Notes: generated from the sequence alone by a model not told the origin. A DNA stretch of 50,488 nucleotides from a virus (IMGVR_UViG_3300023181_000038:1-50488), one strand, 5' to 3'; counted from the stretch's first letter, positions 41,835-50,488 are shown. Program-made: numbers and translations.

Positions 41835-42167
41835 ATGGGAAAGACCATTATTGAGATCGACAACCGAATAAACGGCGTTGATGAGCTTTGGGCGCTCACC
41901 GCCGATTTAGTCAAGGCAATTGGCGTGGTGAATGATATTCGAGTCAAAATATCCTCATTAGAAGTATCATCAGAGGTGACGCTCAAGCCGCTCAAAATTG
42001 ACGTTACAGGGCCAGAGGAAGAAAAGGAACTTTCAGACAAAATACTGTCTGCCATTTTCGATAATGTTTCTTGCTATGGCGGAGAGATGGGCGGCAGAGG
42101 AAGCGCGGCGGAGGTGATATGCGATTTGATAGGGATAAAATACAACAAAACTGCACACGATGACTAA
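41835..42167 (+). CDS. Hypothetical protein
   Basis: Start MGKTII, near-leaderless. Confidence 0.7.
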   Translation: MGKTIIEIDNRINGVDELWALTADLVKAIGVVNDIRVKISSLEVSSEVTLKPLKIDVTGPEEEKELSDKILSAIFDNVSCYGGEMGGRGSAAEVICDLIGIKYNKTAHDD

Positions 42168-42387
42168 CAAAGAGGTAATAGCAGAACTGCGCTCACGTTT
42201 GAAGCCTTATGTGGGGGTTCGCACCGCATCCGGCAAGTCAATGACACAGGCGTACTTTAGCCAGACAACGCGCCAAATTGATAATGGTATGTGTAAGCCC
42301 GCAACCGTTGAGAAGTTCTTCTCACTTTTTGGGTACGCAGGACAATGGAATGAGTTTCACAAAACATCAAAGACAAAAGACAAATGA
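42160..42387 (+). CDS. Hypothetical protein (possible HTH)
   Basis: MTQAYFSQ...NG.CKPATVEKFFSLFGY. Confidence 0.65.
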   Translation: MTNKEVIAELRSRLKPYVGVRTASGKSMTQAYFSQTTRQIDNGMCKPATVEKFFSLFGYAGQWNEFHKTSKTKDK

Positions 42388-42617
42388 GCAATACCGATAA
42401 TGATCCACAAGGATTAAAAGACCTAGAAAGGGCCGTTGAAAAGTTGGGGCGTTCTGCGGAGCGATTTGTCGGGCTTCACCGAATGAATAGCCAGCTAAAG
42501 AAACTTGTTGCAGAAGGTGAAACGGAAGAGGCGGAAGCCTTGTCTATAGAGATGTTTATTGAGCAAGGGAAGGCGTTTTTTGGAGATGGCTTTACATTAC
42601 CAACCAAACCCGAATGA
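42384..42617 (+). CDS. Hypothetical protein
   Basis: ATGA-coupled. Confidence 0.7.
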   Translation: MSNTDNDPQGLKDLERAVEKLGRSAERFVGLHRMNSQLKKLVAEGETEEAEALSIEMFIEQGKAFFGDGFTLPTKPE

Positions 42618-42802
42618 AAATACTAGAAACATTTTTAGTCCGCCTCGATGACAACTGGCTGGAAATCTTCCATTGTTGCACAAACGACAGACGCCATTAC
42701 TTCACGAGAAAGGGTGGAGATATTGAGCGAATCGAAAAGGCGCAATACGATAAGCTAATTGACGATTACAGAGAATTTATTTCACAAACCAAACAACCAT
42801 AA
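42614..42802 (+). CDS. Hypothetical protein
   Basis: ATGA-coupled. Confidence 0.65.
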   Translation: MKILETFLVRLDDNWLEIFHCCTNDRRHYFTRKGGDIERIEKAQYDKLIDDYREFISQTKQP

Positions 42803-42803
42803 A

Positions 42804-43013
42804 ATGAACGAACAACTTACAAAGAGAGAGCAAGTGGCGCTTGAAATGTTTAAAGACCTAATGGCCTCCGTAAGAGGAGGCGGGCTTTACCGAAAACATG
42901 AACACATTGAACAGGCGGCCCCTCAAAATGTAATCATTTGGGCTTTTGAAGATGCTGATAAATTCCTTGCCCACAGCGCCTCATCTACTCACATCGAAAA
43001 AGAAGCTGACTAA
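42804..43013 (+). CDS. Hypothetical phage protein
   Basis: LTKREQVAL...AFEDADKFL pattern. Confidence 0.7.
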   Translation: MNEQLTKREQVALEMFKDLMASVRGGGLYRKHEHIEQAAPQNVIIWAFEDADKFLAHSASSTHIEKEAD

Positions 43014-43561
43014 TGATTTCAATAGGCTCACAATTCCCCCGGTTCAATCTTCCGGCAGTTAGTACAGTAGGATTCGCCACAACTACGGAGCAAGTCAGCA
43101 ATGACACCTACGCAGGGCAATGGCTCCTTTTTTTCTGGTATCCTGCGGATTTTACAACGATCTGCCCGACTGAACTACTTGCCCTGTCTGAGCAATACAA
43201 AGCGTTTGTAGACCGTGGATGCGCTGTGTTGGGCGCTTCTACTGATTCGGTGGGAACGCACGAACGTTGGCTACTTACAGAGCAAATGAGCGGGGTTCAA
43301 TTCTCGTTGCTGTCAGATGGTTTTGATGGCAAACGTTGCCTTTCATGGGAGTTGGATATTGTTCGCGACAATACAGAAGAGGTTGATCGCGCAACCTTCA
43401 TTATCGACCCCGAAGGCATCATTCGCTGGATATGCGTGAACGATCCTAAAGTTGGGCGCAACATTGACGAAATCCTTCGCGTATTGGACGCCTTGCAGAC
43501 AGATGAAATGTGCCCTTGTAATTGGGAGAATGGAGATGAAACGATAAACCCACAGCCATGA
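43013..43561 (+). CDS. ahpC: 2-Cys peroxiredoxin (alkyl hydroperoxide reductase C)
   Basis: YPADFTTICPTE, RATFIIDPEG, VGRNIDEILRVLDALQ, CPCNW. Confidence 0.95.
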   Translation: MISIGSQFPRFNLPAVSTVGFATTTEQVSNDTYAGQWLLFFWYPADFTTICPTELLALSEQYKAFVDRGCAVLGASTDSVGTHERWLLTEQMSGVQFSLLSDGFDGKRCLSWELDIVRDNTEEVDRATFIIDPEGIIRWICVNDPKVGRNIDEILRVLDALQTDEMCPCNWENGDETINPQP

Positions 43562-43872
43562 TTGAACTACACAAAATATCCTTTAGTATCCCCGGCGATG
43601 ATGTCTTTCAAACACACAGAGGCGATATGCTGCACGATGCCTCATTGCCAGGGCCTCGCGGCGAGTTTAACTGCTTGCCAGACGATGAATTAGACCCCGT
43701 TGTGGTCGGCATTGTTACGCACATTGACGACTCTTTCGAGCTACGCCAGCTAATGTCGGCATCTGGCTTAAAGCCCTACCGATTCCACAACAAGACAACT
43801 GGAGATTATATCCACGGCTACCTAGTGGATGGTAACGGTACTTATCACGGGTTTAAAAACGCACTCTCATAG
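43558..43872 (+). CDS. Hypothetical protein
   Basis: ATGA-coupled. Confidence 0.7.
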   Translation: MIELHKISFSIPGDDVFQTHRGDMLHDASLPGPRGEFNCLPDDELDPVVVGIVTHIDDSFELRQLMSASGLKPYRFHNKTTGDYIHGYLVDGNGTYHGFKNALS

Positions 43873-43874
43873 TT

Positions 43875-44066
43875 ATGACTAAAGCAACAAAAGGATTAAT
43901 ACATTTTTACGGGTACTTGTCAGTAATTCTTGCAGGTATCTTATTTTTTGCAGGTATGATTGCAAAGAGCGATGCCGTTATGGGCGCGGCATGTGTGTTT
44001 ATATTGATTGCTTCGTTCGTAGGCGCTATCGTTGTGATTTTTACCGGCTACTCTAATCAAGCATAA
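43875..44066 (+). CDS. Two-TM membrane protein
   Basis: Two hydrophobic segments. Confidence 0.7.
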   Translation: MTKATKGLIHFYGYLSVILAGILFFAGMIAKSDAVMGAACVFILIASFVGAIVVIFTGYSNQA

Positions 44067-44266
44067 TGTGCCCAACACCTGACAAGGAACGCTTCGCCTC
44101 AAAACAGAAAGCGAAAGAGCACATCAAGGTTCGCAAACACAAATGGACGGATGCCGTTAAAGCTATGATTTACCGCTGTCCAGGCTTAGGCTGCGATTGG
44201 TGGCACATTACTACTCACCGTGCCTCTCTAGCTGATAGAGCGGCAATAAAGAAACGATTCGGATGA
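44066..44266 (+). CDS. Small zinc-finger-like protein
   Basis: C...K.RF...A...YRCP..GC.WWHIT. Confidence 0.7.
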   Translation: MCPTPDKERFASKQKAKEHIKVRKHKWTDAVKAMIYRCPGLGCDWWHITTHRASLADRAAIKKRFG

Positions 44267-44577
44267 GCTGGGAGGAATTGTTAGAACGCATAAAGATTCG
44301 CAATACAATAATGAAAGAGTGTACCAAAAAGAAATGGTTTGATCTAACACCCGAAGAGTTAGAAGAGATCGAGCGCCGACATGAAGAACGCATGCGGTGG
44401 TGGCTTATCGCTATCGGCCCGTTCCTGCCAATATTCGGGATATGGGTTGTCTGGTTCCTGCAAAGGCGCGGATACGAACCTTTTAAGGGCGCTATTCATA
44501 CGCTCATTGGGGCATTTTATCAAGCCGCAATGCTAACAATCCTACTTAATGTAATTGCCTCACACCTTTGTGCATGA
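44263..44577 (+). CDS. Membrane protein
   Basis: Two C-terminal TM segments. Confidence 0.7.
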   Translation: MSWEELLERIKIRNTIMKECTKKKWFDLTPEELEEIERRHEERMRWWLIAIGPFLPIFGIWVVWFLQRRGYEPFKGAIHTLIGAFYQAAMLTILLNVIASHLCA

Positions 44578-44753
44578 CCTCCCACGAACTTAAAGAGCAA
44601 TACCGGGAACTATTGGATCGATACGACAAGATGAATGCGTATCAACGTAGGTACGGTGATGGTCGTGAAGTGTTCGATGAATTGCGGAGGCTAAGGGATT
44701 TGATGCAGAAGATTGAAGAAGGAACGAACATTTACAAATTAACTCGCAAATGA
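44574..44753 (+). CDS. Hypothetical helical protein
   Basis: ATGA-coupled start MTSHEL. Confidence 0.65.
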   Translation: MTSHELKEQYRELLDRYDKMNAYQRRYGDGREVFDELRRLRDLMQKIEEGTNIYKLTRK

Positions 44754-44761
44754 TATATGTC

Positions 44762-46195
44762 CTAACTCTGGCCTAAAGCGGCATTTTGATCAGAGTTAGA
44801 GCTTGTATTTGCTTTTTGCTTTTGCATATCTTCCGCCTCTTCCTCTACAATCAAGTCATACGTTTGCTGCGAATCTTCCGTTAGTCCAGCTTGAGCCACA
44901 CTTTCACGGTGAGAGATGACAGGTTTCCCGCCGTTGGCTTTCATTGCGTTGTCAATACGCTCTGCTTCATCATCGATTTTGAAGATGCTGAATACCGGCG
45001 TAATCTCCAAATCCTTCGCGGCGGAAAGTGTTGGGGTGATCTCCGACAACGCAGATACAAGAAAGTTAAGCCGGCGCTGTATCCCTTCTCCATACGCGCC
45101 CATTTGAAGGTCTTTTGCCTTTAGATGGGCATCTATCAGGATTCGGTCATAAGCCACGCCGGAAATGCCTCCTAAGCCCTTCATTTCCTTAAAGGATATG
45201 TTAGGCGTCTGTGTCATGGTGTAGATGTAGTCCAGCAGGGTTTCTATCTCCAAACGAATAGCTTCCGGGGCTCCCTGCCATGTGACATACTGAACGCTTG
45301 AGCCTTGTTCGCCTTCCAATACCTTACCTGATTCCCCCTTTGCTGCCAGCCCCATTATATTGCCGGTCACAAACATCATCGGGGATCCAAAATAATCATT
45401 GGTGTCGCCGAAATTGGAGATGATTGTTTCCAGGCGTTCAATCATCGGTTGGACATCCTGCCATGCGCTTTGGTCTACGCCGTAGTAAATGATCGGTATT
45501 TTGCCATAAATCAACTTCTCTTCGCTCATCAATTCCCAACCATTGCCAGTGTCTTTAAGGCGCTGCAAAAGGTCTTTGGTATAAAGATTTGCGTATCGGG
45601 TCTTTGAATCCTCCCATTCAATAGCGAAGGCAATCATATCCCGGTTCTCATCCCATACAGGCATTAGCTTGTATCCATCGGAAGGGCTGTAAATATTGCA
45701 CCTAAGCTCTACCGTGCCGTCTTCATACTTCTTGCTGTACCAAATCTCTGCGCACTCTGTCTCGCTCACCAACCGGCGACAAATGTTTGCGTTCTTGTAT
45801 GGCTCTTTGTTTCTGGTTAGGACATTCTGAACAAGCGCGTAAAGTTCTTCCTGCGGCTTTTGTGTGGCCTCATCGAACTGTGCTGATAGATTCACCCCAC
45901 CGCCCGTAGTAAAAGCCACTAGGCGGCTTACAATGAGCTTTTGCAGCGGGATGGGTATGCGAGTGACGGGCTGCAATGACTGGTTGGTAATATCATTCCC
46001 ATTGCTATCCTTTTGCCCGGACGGTTTAAATATGGTCTTATCCGGCCTGTGGGCAGGGTTAAGAACCTTGTGGAATTCAGGGTAGTATTCCCTAAATGCT
46101 TTTATCTCATAGTAGGTCTTCCATTCAGCACGGATAGCCGGGATAAGTACGGAAGGCTTTGAAATGTTTTCTGTAAAGAATGATAAAAGCATCAA
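44762..46195 (-). CDS. Portal protein (SPP1 gp6-like)
   Basis: RI.IPLQK.IV...GKIPIIY...W.DVQ..IERLE...SNFGDTNDY...TPNISF...ISGVA. Confidence 0.93.
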   Translation of the reverse strand: MMLLSFFTENISKPSVLIPAIRAEWKTYYEIKAFREYYPEFHKVLNPAHRPDKTIFKPSGQKDSNGNDITNQSLQPVTRIPIPLQKLIVSRLVAFTTGGGVNLSAQFDEATQKPQEELYALVQNVLTRNKEPYKNANICRRLVSETECAEIWYSKKYEDGTVELRCNIYSPSDGYKLMPVWDENRDMIAFAIEWEDSKTRYANLYTKDLLQRLKDTGNGWELMSEEKLIYGKIPIIYYGVDQSAWQDVQPMIERLETIISNFGDTNDYFGSPMMFVTGNIMGLAAKGESGKVLEGEQGSSVQYVTWQGAPEAIRLEIETLLDYIYTMTQTPNISFKEMKGLGGISGVAYDRILIDAHLKAKDLQMGAYGEGIQRRLNFLVSALSEITPTLSAAKDLEITPVFSIFKIDDEAERIDNAMKANGGKPVISHRESVAQAGLTEDSQQTYDLIVEEEAEDMQKQKANTSSNSDQNAALGQS

Positions 46196-46203
46196 TTAGT
46201 ATT

Positions 46204-47505
46204 TTAACCAAAGTTAGCGGCCCAACCTGAATTAGTCTTATTGCGTGTAAGTTCGGGGAACAATTCAGCCGCACCCCATACAAGGGCATCAATTCTATTC
46301 GGGGATGGTTCGCCTTTCTTGCCCTCCCATGTGGTCATTTCGTACTCTAATTCAGGCAACATGCCCACATGATGCGCCTTTGCGACTTCGTATAAAGCCG
46401 CCACAGGCTCAGCACGAGTGTATTTATCCCGCGTTGCGTGTACGCCACGGTAAGGAACATTTGCGCCTCCCGGCACCGTGCGAATAGCCATCTCAATTAG
46501 ATCGCCTCCATTGTTGACTTCCCCTACTATTCGGTCAGCCTTCCAGCGCCGGAACATGTCAATCCCCTTAGCTGCCCATTGTGCGGGGGTATAGCGTCCG
46601 GTTTGATCTTCCAGCACGTATAGATGGTTATCTAATGCACCTATACCTACTGCAATCAATCCTGTTTCATCACTATCTTCTTTGGCTGTAACAGCAGGAT
46701 CAATGGCAATGACAATGCGCTTTAATGGCGGCGCTACAGCAACGCGATAAAGATTGATTGTACGATCAGTCCACAGCGCGTCTTCCTCATTCTTATCCTG
46801 CCATGCGCCGATAATCTTGTAAGCGTACTTCTTTAAGTTAGTGGCTTTTACTCGCGCCACTTCATTAAGAAACTCTGTGGACAGGTATTCCAGATTGTCT
46901 AAGTAGGTCGTGTGAATGTGCAGCACGTCAGGGTGAGTGCTAATCTGCACAGGAACGCCGTCTATTATTTCAACCCGATGCGTGTCTTTGATATACTTCT
47001 TGTAGATGAAGTGCTGCGCGTTAGTTGGGTTCATAATCAGGATTACCCGATTCTTTATCCCCTTCTGACGGATGGACAGCACAAGCGTATCAAAGTCTTC
47101 CTCTGATTGCCATTCCTCCAACTCATCGCCTACAAACGTTGTAAGCCCCTGGATTGACTTTAGATTAGCTGTTTGATTGCCGGATGAAGTTTTAATGCCA
47201 CGGAAAATTATCTCGCTACCGCTGAACTTGTTGATAATGTCAGCCTTCACCACATGGAACTTATCAGCGAAGCCGTCCATGTCGATCTTTTGTTTGAACT
47301 CCGGGATGACCGAAAGTGTTGCAGCCGTCATTGTGTAACGGCTGAACAGAATCTTATGCCCCTTCTGGAATGAAAGGCGCTCTATGAACGTTGACGTATT
47401 GAAAGATTTCGCAGACCCCCTGCCGCCCGTGATAAGAAAGACAAACTTTTCTCCCTCTGTATAAAGGCGTTCGTACTTTGGGTTTACCTTAATAAGCCCA
47501 CCCAT
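46204..47505 (-). CDS. terL: Terminase large subunit
   Basis: GGRGSAKS, Walker B FVGDE, MNP coupling motif, RNase-H-fold IDPA...DETG...RIDALVW. Confidence 0.96.
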   Translation of the reverse strand: MGGLIKVNPKYERLYTEGEKFVFLITGGRGSAKSFNTSTFIERLSFQKGHKILFSRYTMTAATLSVIPEFKQKIDMDGFADKFHVVKADIINKFSGSEIIFRGIKTSSGNQTANLKSIQGLTTFVGDELEEWQSEEDFDTLVLSIRQKGIKNRVILIMNPTNAQHFIYKKYIKDTHRVEIIDGVPVQISTHPDVLHIHTTYLDNLEYLSTEFLNEVARVKATNLKKYAYKIIGAWQDKNEEDALWTDRTINLYRVAVAPPLKRIVIAIDPAVTAKEDSDETGLIAVGIGALDNHLYVLEDQTGRYTPAQWAAKGIDMFRRWKADRIVGEVNNGGDLIEMAIRTVPGGANVPYRGVHATRDKYTRAEPVAALYEVAKAHHVGMLPELEYEMTTWEGKKGEPSPNRIDALVWGAAELFPELTRNKTNSGWAANFG

Positions 47506-47928
47506 TTATGCCTTTGTGCTATTAGCGGCCAGCCACGCGGAAAGATCGATACTGCCAGAATGATCTTGTTTTATCGCCGCGTAATCTCCCTCTATCTTGC
47601 TGAGGTAATCCATAGCTTTAAGACGGTCGCTTGTTTGCTCCGCCAAATCCTCTGCTATTGCTGTAGCGATTTGCATTCTCCGCTCTTTGCTCATTATGGC
47701 CCCTCCCTGCCTCTTTACCGCGGCGTCAATGGATTGGTTAGCCATTGCGGTTTGGGCTGCTTTTTGCGTATCGATGTGGCGCTCTTTGGCTACTTTCCAC
47801 AACCTGTCAAATGACCGAACTGATATTTGCCATTTTTTGCCAGCCTTTGCCAAAACCTTGCCACGCTCGGTGCCTTTCTCTAATTCGGCAAGAATAAAAG
47901 AAATGTATGTCTCTTTATTTTCCTGCAT
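47506..47928 (-). CDS. terS: Terminase small subunit
   Basis: HTH N-terminus; DRLKAMDYLSKIEGDY; DHSGSID; adjacent to terL. Confidence 0.8.
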   Translation of the reverse strand: MQENKETYISFILAELEKGTERGKVLAKAGKKWQISVRSFDRLWKVAKERHIDTQKAAQTAMANQSIDAAVKRQGGAIMSKERRMQIATAIAEDLAEQTSDRLKAMDYLSKIEGDYAAIKQDHSGSIDLSAWLAANSTKA

Positions 47929-47929
47929 A

Positions 47930-48460
47930 TTATTGCGAAATACGGTAATCGCCTTTAGCTGTCCCGTTTTTGAACCCAATAAACTTCGACTTGTCCATAC
48001 CAATAAGCGATATTGGCAGGTTGAATTTATCAATGGTAAACGGGGTAGACCAATCCATTTTGGTCGTTACAATAGCGATCCTGTCAATAGGTTTCCCGCT
48101 GATCCCAAATATTGTCATGTACGAAAGACACTGACCTATTGCGCCTTGCAGTTCGGATTCGTATGTTGGGTTCTTGCATTCAACGCCGATACGCTCCCCG
48201 GATTTAGAAACAATGAGAAAATCAATCCTTTTGCTCCCTTTCGTGCGCCGAGCCTGTTTTAGACCATATTCGCGGAAGTGCTGACCATACTCTACCCCTA
48301 AACAGGATGCGCAAAATTCTTCAATGTTGTGTTCAATGAAATCGCATAGGTCTTTCTCCTTAGCAAAATCCGGGTTAAGGCATGACTTGATAGCCCAAAC
48401 ATCATACTCTCCATCTGGTAAATAAAACCCTGGCTTTTTGCCTTTTGATTCAACCGCCAT
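47930..48460 (-). CDS. PD-(D/E)XK restriction-like nuclease (NucS-like C-terminal motif)
   Basis: EKDLCDFI...REY...RIDFL...GVECK...AIGQCLSY. Confidence 0.75.
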   Translation of the reverse strand: MAVESKGKKPGFYLPDGEYDVWAIKSCLNPDFAKEKDLCDFIEHNIEEFCASCLGVEYGQHFREYGLKQARRTKGSKRIDFLIVSKSGERIGVECKNPTYESELQGAIGQCLSYMTIFGISGKPIDRIAIVTTKMDWSTPFTIDKFNLPISLIGMDKSKFIGFKNGTAKGDYRISQ

Positions 48461-48545
48461 AATCTTACTCTCAAAGTTTTACGCTCTTAACGCAACCCTT
48501 TATTTGTTTTTGTGGCGGTCTTCTTTTTCAATCCCGCCGGTTAAT

Positions 48546-48836
48546 TTATGGGAAATATTCTGTATATCCTGTTATGACGGGGACTAGCTGAACTGCTGTC
48601 TTCCCTTCACCTAAGCATGTTGGGCACGTTACCTGGGTTCCGTCTGATGGATCAGGGCCGTACTTTGATGCTGGCGCCATGCCGGTCTTAGAGCAATCAG
48701 GGCAGGGGAATGTGTATGCCGCGTCCCTGATTGCTGTTATTGAGGCAAGGGCAGACGTTAGTGTAGTAGCACCACCTAGTAGGTCAATAAGCTGCTGCAC
48801 ATGATGCACCTTTACTGCTGCTGCGTTGTCTGCCAT
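48546..48836 (-). CDS. Protein with a DnaJ-type zinc finger
   Basis: CPDCSKTG...CPTCLGEG; promoter element TACCTTTG at 48864-48871. Confidence 0.75.
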   Translation of the reverse strand: MADNAAAVKVHHVQQLIDLLGGATTLTSALASITAIRDAAYTFPCPDCSKTGMAPASKYGPDPSDGTQVTCPTCLGEGKTAVQLVPVITGYTEYFP

Positions 48837-48873
48837 TGTTTATGCGTCTCCGTCCATTGGATTCAAAGGTAGA

Positions 48874-49062
48874 TTATTTATTGTTACGCCAATTCTTTGA
48901 GATAGATATTCCTAATAGAACAATGAAAGTAGAACATGAGGCGAATAGATTAAAATCCAAAAATTTAAGCATAATGGGTTTCGTTTTGTCACAAAGACCG
49001 ATCAACGACAGCAACACCCCGGCAAAGCAAAAGTAGATTGCTATTGACATTATTGTTTTCAT
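48874..49062 (-). CDS. Two-TM membrane protein
   Basis: Hydrophobic 62-aa ORF. Confidence 0.6.
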   Translation of the reverse strand: MKTIMSIAIYFCFAGVLLSLIGLCDKTKPIMLKFLDFNLFASCSTFIVLLGISISKNWRNNK

Positions 49063-49064
49063 TT

Positions 49065-49280
49065 TTAAAAGGAGTTATCAACGTATTTATTTATTTGGTT
49101 AGGGTATTTGTCGATTAGTGCCGCGTCAATAGGATTCGGTTTTGTGGCAAGTTCAATGCCTCTCCTTACTCCGGCTTTCCATACACCACGCCTTACATGC
49201 GCTCCGGTACTTCCGGCTAAATCAGGGAACAATGCTAAGGCTTCTGCGTTCAGGGCTTCTTCTGTTATCTCTGTGAGCAT
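49065..49280 (-). CDS. Hypothetical protein
   Basis: Tightly packed ORF. Confidence 0.7.
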   Translation of the reverse strand: MLTEITEEALNAEALALFPDLAGSTGAHVRRGVWKAGVRRGIELATKPNPIDAALIDKYPNQINKYVDNSF

Positions 49281-49282
49281 GG

Positions 49283-49558
49283 CTACTTAATTGGGAACAG
49301 TGTATTGTTTGGGTCGATCACCTGTTCTGGGAATTCCGTAGCCCACAATCCCACTGTGCATGCGTGGTAGTGGCAAAGGTTTTCATAGTGATAGATAAAC
49401 TGCTGCAATAGGCTGTGTTCATTTGAACCGGTTTCGATCTTATAACTGTTGAATAAACAGCGGTTCAAAATGTCCACTGCGTTATTCTCCGCTTGCAATG
49501 AAAGTTCAGGCGTTTTGCTGCGCTCCTTTGCGCTTTCAGGTTTATTGAATAGTAGCAT
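49283..49558 (-). CDS. Hypothetical protein
   Basis: Tightly packed ORF. Confidence 0.7.
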   Translation of the reverse strand: MLLFNKPESAKERSKTPELSLQAENNAVDILNRCLFNSYKIETGSNEHSLLQQFIYHYENLCHYHACTVGLWATEFPEQVIDPNNTLFPIK

Positions 49559-49572
49559 ATCTCTTATAAGGG

Positions 49573-49854
49573 TTATTGATTCTTTCGGGTGAGGGTGAAA
49601 TCATTCATCAGATCAGCAATCGTACTGTCTTGCCATCCTGACTCTTGAAGCTGCGTCAAGATTGCTGCCCACGCAACATCTGCTAACGCAAAACTGATCG
49701 CGCTGTTCTTGGCAACATCGAGCTTCGTCTGCGCTTCCTTCTCTGCGTTCCACCTGTCTTGCAGTTTGTAATACTCCGCGTCCTGCTGCAAGATCTCTTT
49801 GGGGATGCGGTTACGCCAATCTTCCATGAAGGCTGTCTGTGTTGGGTGGCTCAT
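49573..49854 (-). CDS. Hypothetical protein
   Basis: Tightly packed ORF. Confidence 0.7.
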   Translation of the reverse strand: MSHPTQTAFMEDWRNRIPKEILQQDAEYYKLQDRWNAEKEAQTKLDVAKNSAISFALADVAWAAILTQLQESGWQDSTIADLMNDFTLTRKNQ

Positions 49855-49856
49855 GG

Positions 49857-50156
49857 CTAATAAAGGTCTTCGGAGTAAAGCTGATAGGGCACATTCTTCT
49901 CGTTACACTGCCCCGCATCTAAAGCGATTTGCCGCGCCTCGTATCTGTCAACAAACCTTTCATTTGATGTGAGAAAGCCTTGTTTTGACGGCTGCATTTT
50001 GCCCTGCGTTTTATTCAGTAGGTTGTAGCACAGGGAGACAATATCGCAGTGCCTGAACCCCGTGAGTACAAGGCCCTTTACGTTCGTGCAGCATTCGCTA
50101 CCGTAATCATATTCGGGGTAATGAATAGCCGCGCAAAGTATTCGCTCCTGTGTCAT
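49857..50156 (-). CDS. Widespread phage protein of unknown function
   Basis: RILCAAI...G.RH...QGFLTS..RFVDR.EA...A...GQ...LYSEDLY. Confidence 0.8.
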   Translation of the reverse strand: MTQERILCAAIHYPEYDYGSECCTNVKGLVLTGFRHCDIVSLCYNLLNKTQGKMQPSKQGFLTSNERFVDRYEARQIALDAGQCNEKNVPYQLYSEDLY

Positions 50157-50177
50157 ATTCTTTATCACTTATAGGGT

Positions 50178-50488
50178 TTAAGGTTTTGGGTTGATGTAGC
50201 GCAGGGCTACGGCGGTAGCGGCTTCGGACGCGGGCCTTCTCGCTGCGCCTGAAACAAAAGGCTGAATAGCGCGGTTGATTTCGTCCGTCAGCTTCTGAAG
50301 GTCTACGGCTTCAGGGGTGGGTGGTGGTACAGGGGAGGCGTCGGATTGGCCTGTGTAATCTCCCGGCAGGCATCCGGCACACTTTCGAAACATTTCCACC
50401 ATTTCACGCCGCAGGCAAGATTTGTGGTAGGTATCTCCGTGGGCAAGTCTGTGATCAGCCAAATGCAGCAATAGCAACATGTCAGACT
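50178..50488 (-). CDS. Hypothetical protein, 3' part of the junction-spanning gene
   Basis: In frame with the ATG at 251 through the terminal repeat. Confidence 0.8.
   Translation of the reverse strand, partial: SDMLLLLHLADHRLAHGDTYHKSCLRREMVEMFRKCAGCLPGDYTGQSDASPVPPPTPEAVDLQKLTDEINRAIQPFVSGAARRPASEAATAVALRYINPKP
50344..50488. repeat. Terminal direct repeat, right copy
   Basis: Matches 1-145 at 144 of 145 positions. Confidence 0.97.

Noticed and set aside
1-50488. Diversity-generating retroelement or retron (prompted by the A-to-G difference in the terminal repeat and the structured RNA)
   Set aside because: No reverse transcriptase motifs in any ORF, and no template/variable repeat pair seen in the fibre genes
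1-50488. CRISPR or other guide-like repeat-spacer array; tRNA genes
   Set aside because: No regularly spaced repeat-spacer series or cloverleaf found by eye; intergenic space is minimal

Overview
The window looks like one complete, circularly assembled dsDNA tailed-phage genome of about 50,343 bp. Positions 1-145 repeat at 50344-50488 with one mismatch, and one gene runs across the junction. The host is inferred to be Bacteroidota, based on TAnnTTTG-type promoters, start regions without Shine-Dalgarno sequences, a BT4734/VirE-N primase-helicase and Q-rule signal peptides. Morphology is siphovirus-like: tail tube and 1066-aa tape measure, no sheath. Nearly all genes are on the minus strand. 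The early/replication block has a Cro-like HTH, Sak4-like AAA ATPase, YqaJ-like exonuclease, beta-class DNA methyltransferase, HNH nucleases, an initiator with internal iterons and a primase-helicase. The late block has TerS, TerL, an SPP1-type portal, scaffold, decoration, capsid, tail, fibres, a membrane/holin cluster and an M15 endolysin. Three plus-strand islands interrupt this: a small regulator with twin palindromic operators (3.1 kb), a structured-RNA-led cassette that splits the lysis module (17.4-19.5 kb) and an 11-gene cassette with ahpC between portal and scaffold (41.8-44.8 kb). I saw no integrase, DNA polymerase, reverse transcriptase, tRNA or CRISPR array. The best leads are: (1) five consecutive fibre/spike-region genes that all carry Sec signal peptides, four with Gln at +1, which suggests fibres are exported and assembled outside the cytoplasm; (2) a recurring two-hairpin kissing-loop RNA leader, plus a ~360-nt highly structured non-coding region; (3) a gene with a single in-frame TGA. 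All family calls come from reading motifs by eye; no searches were run.
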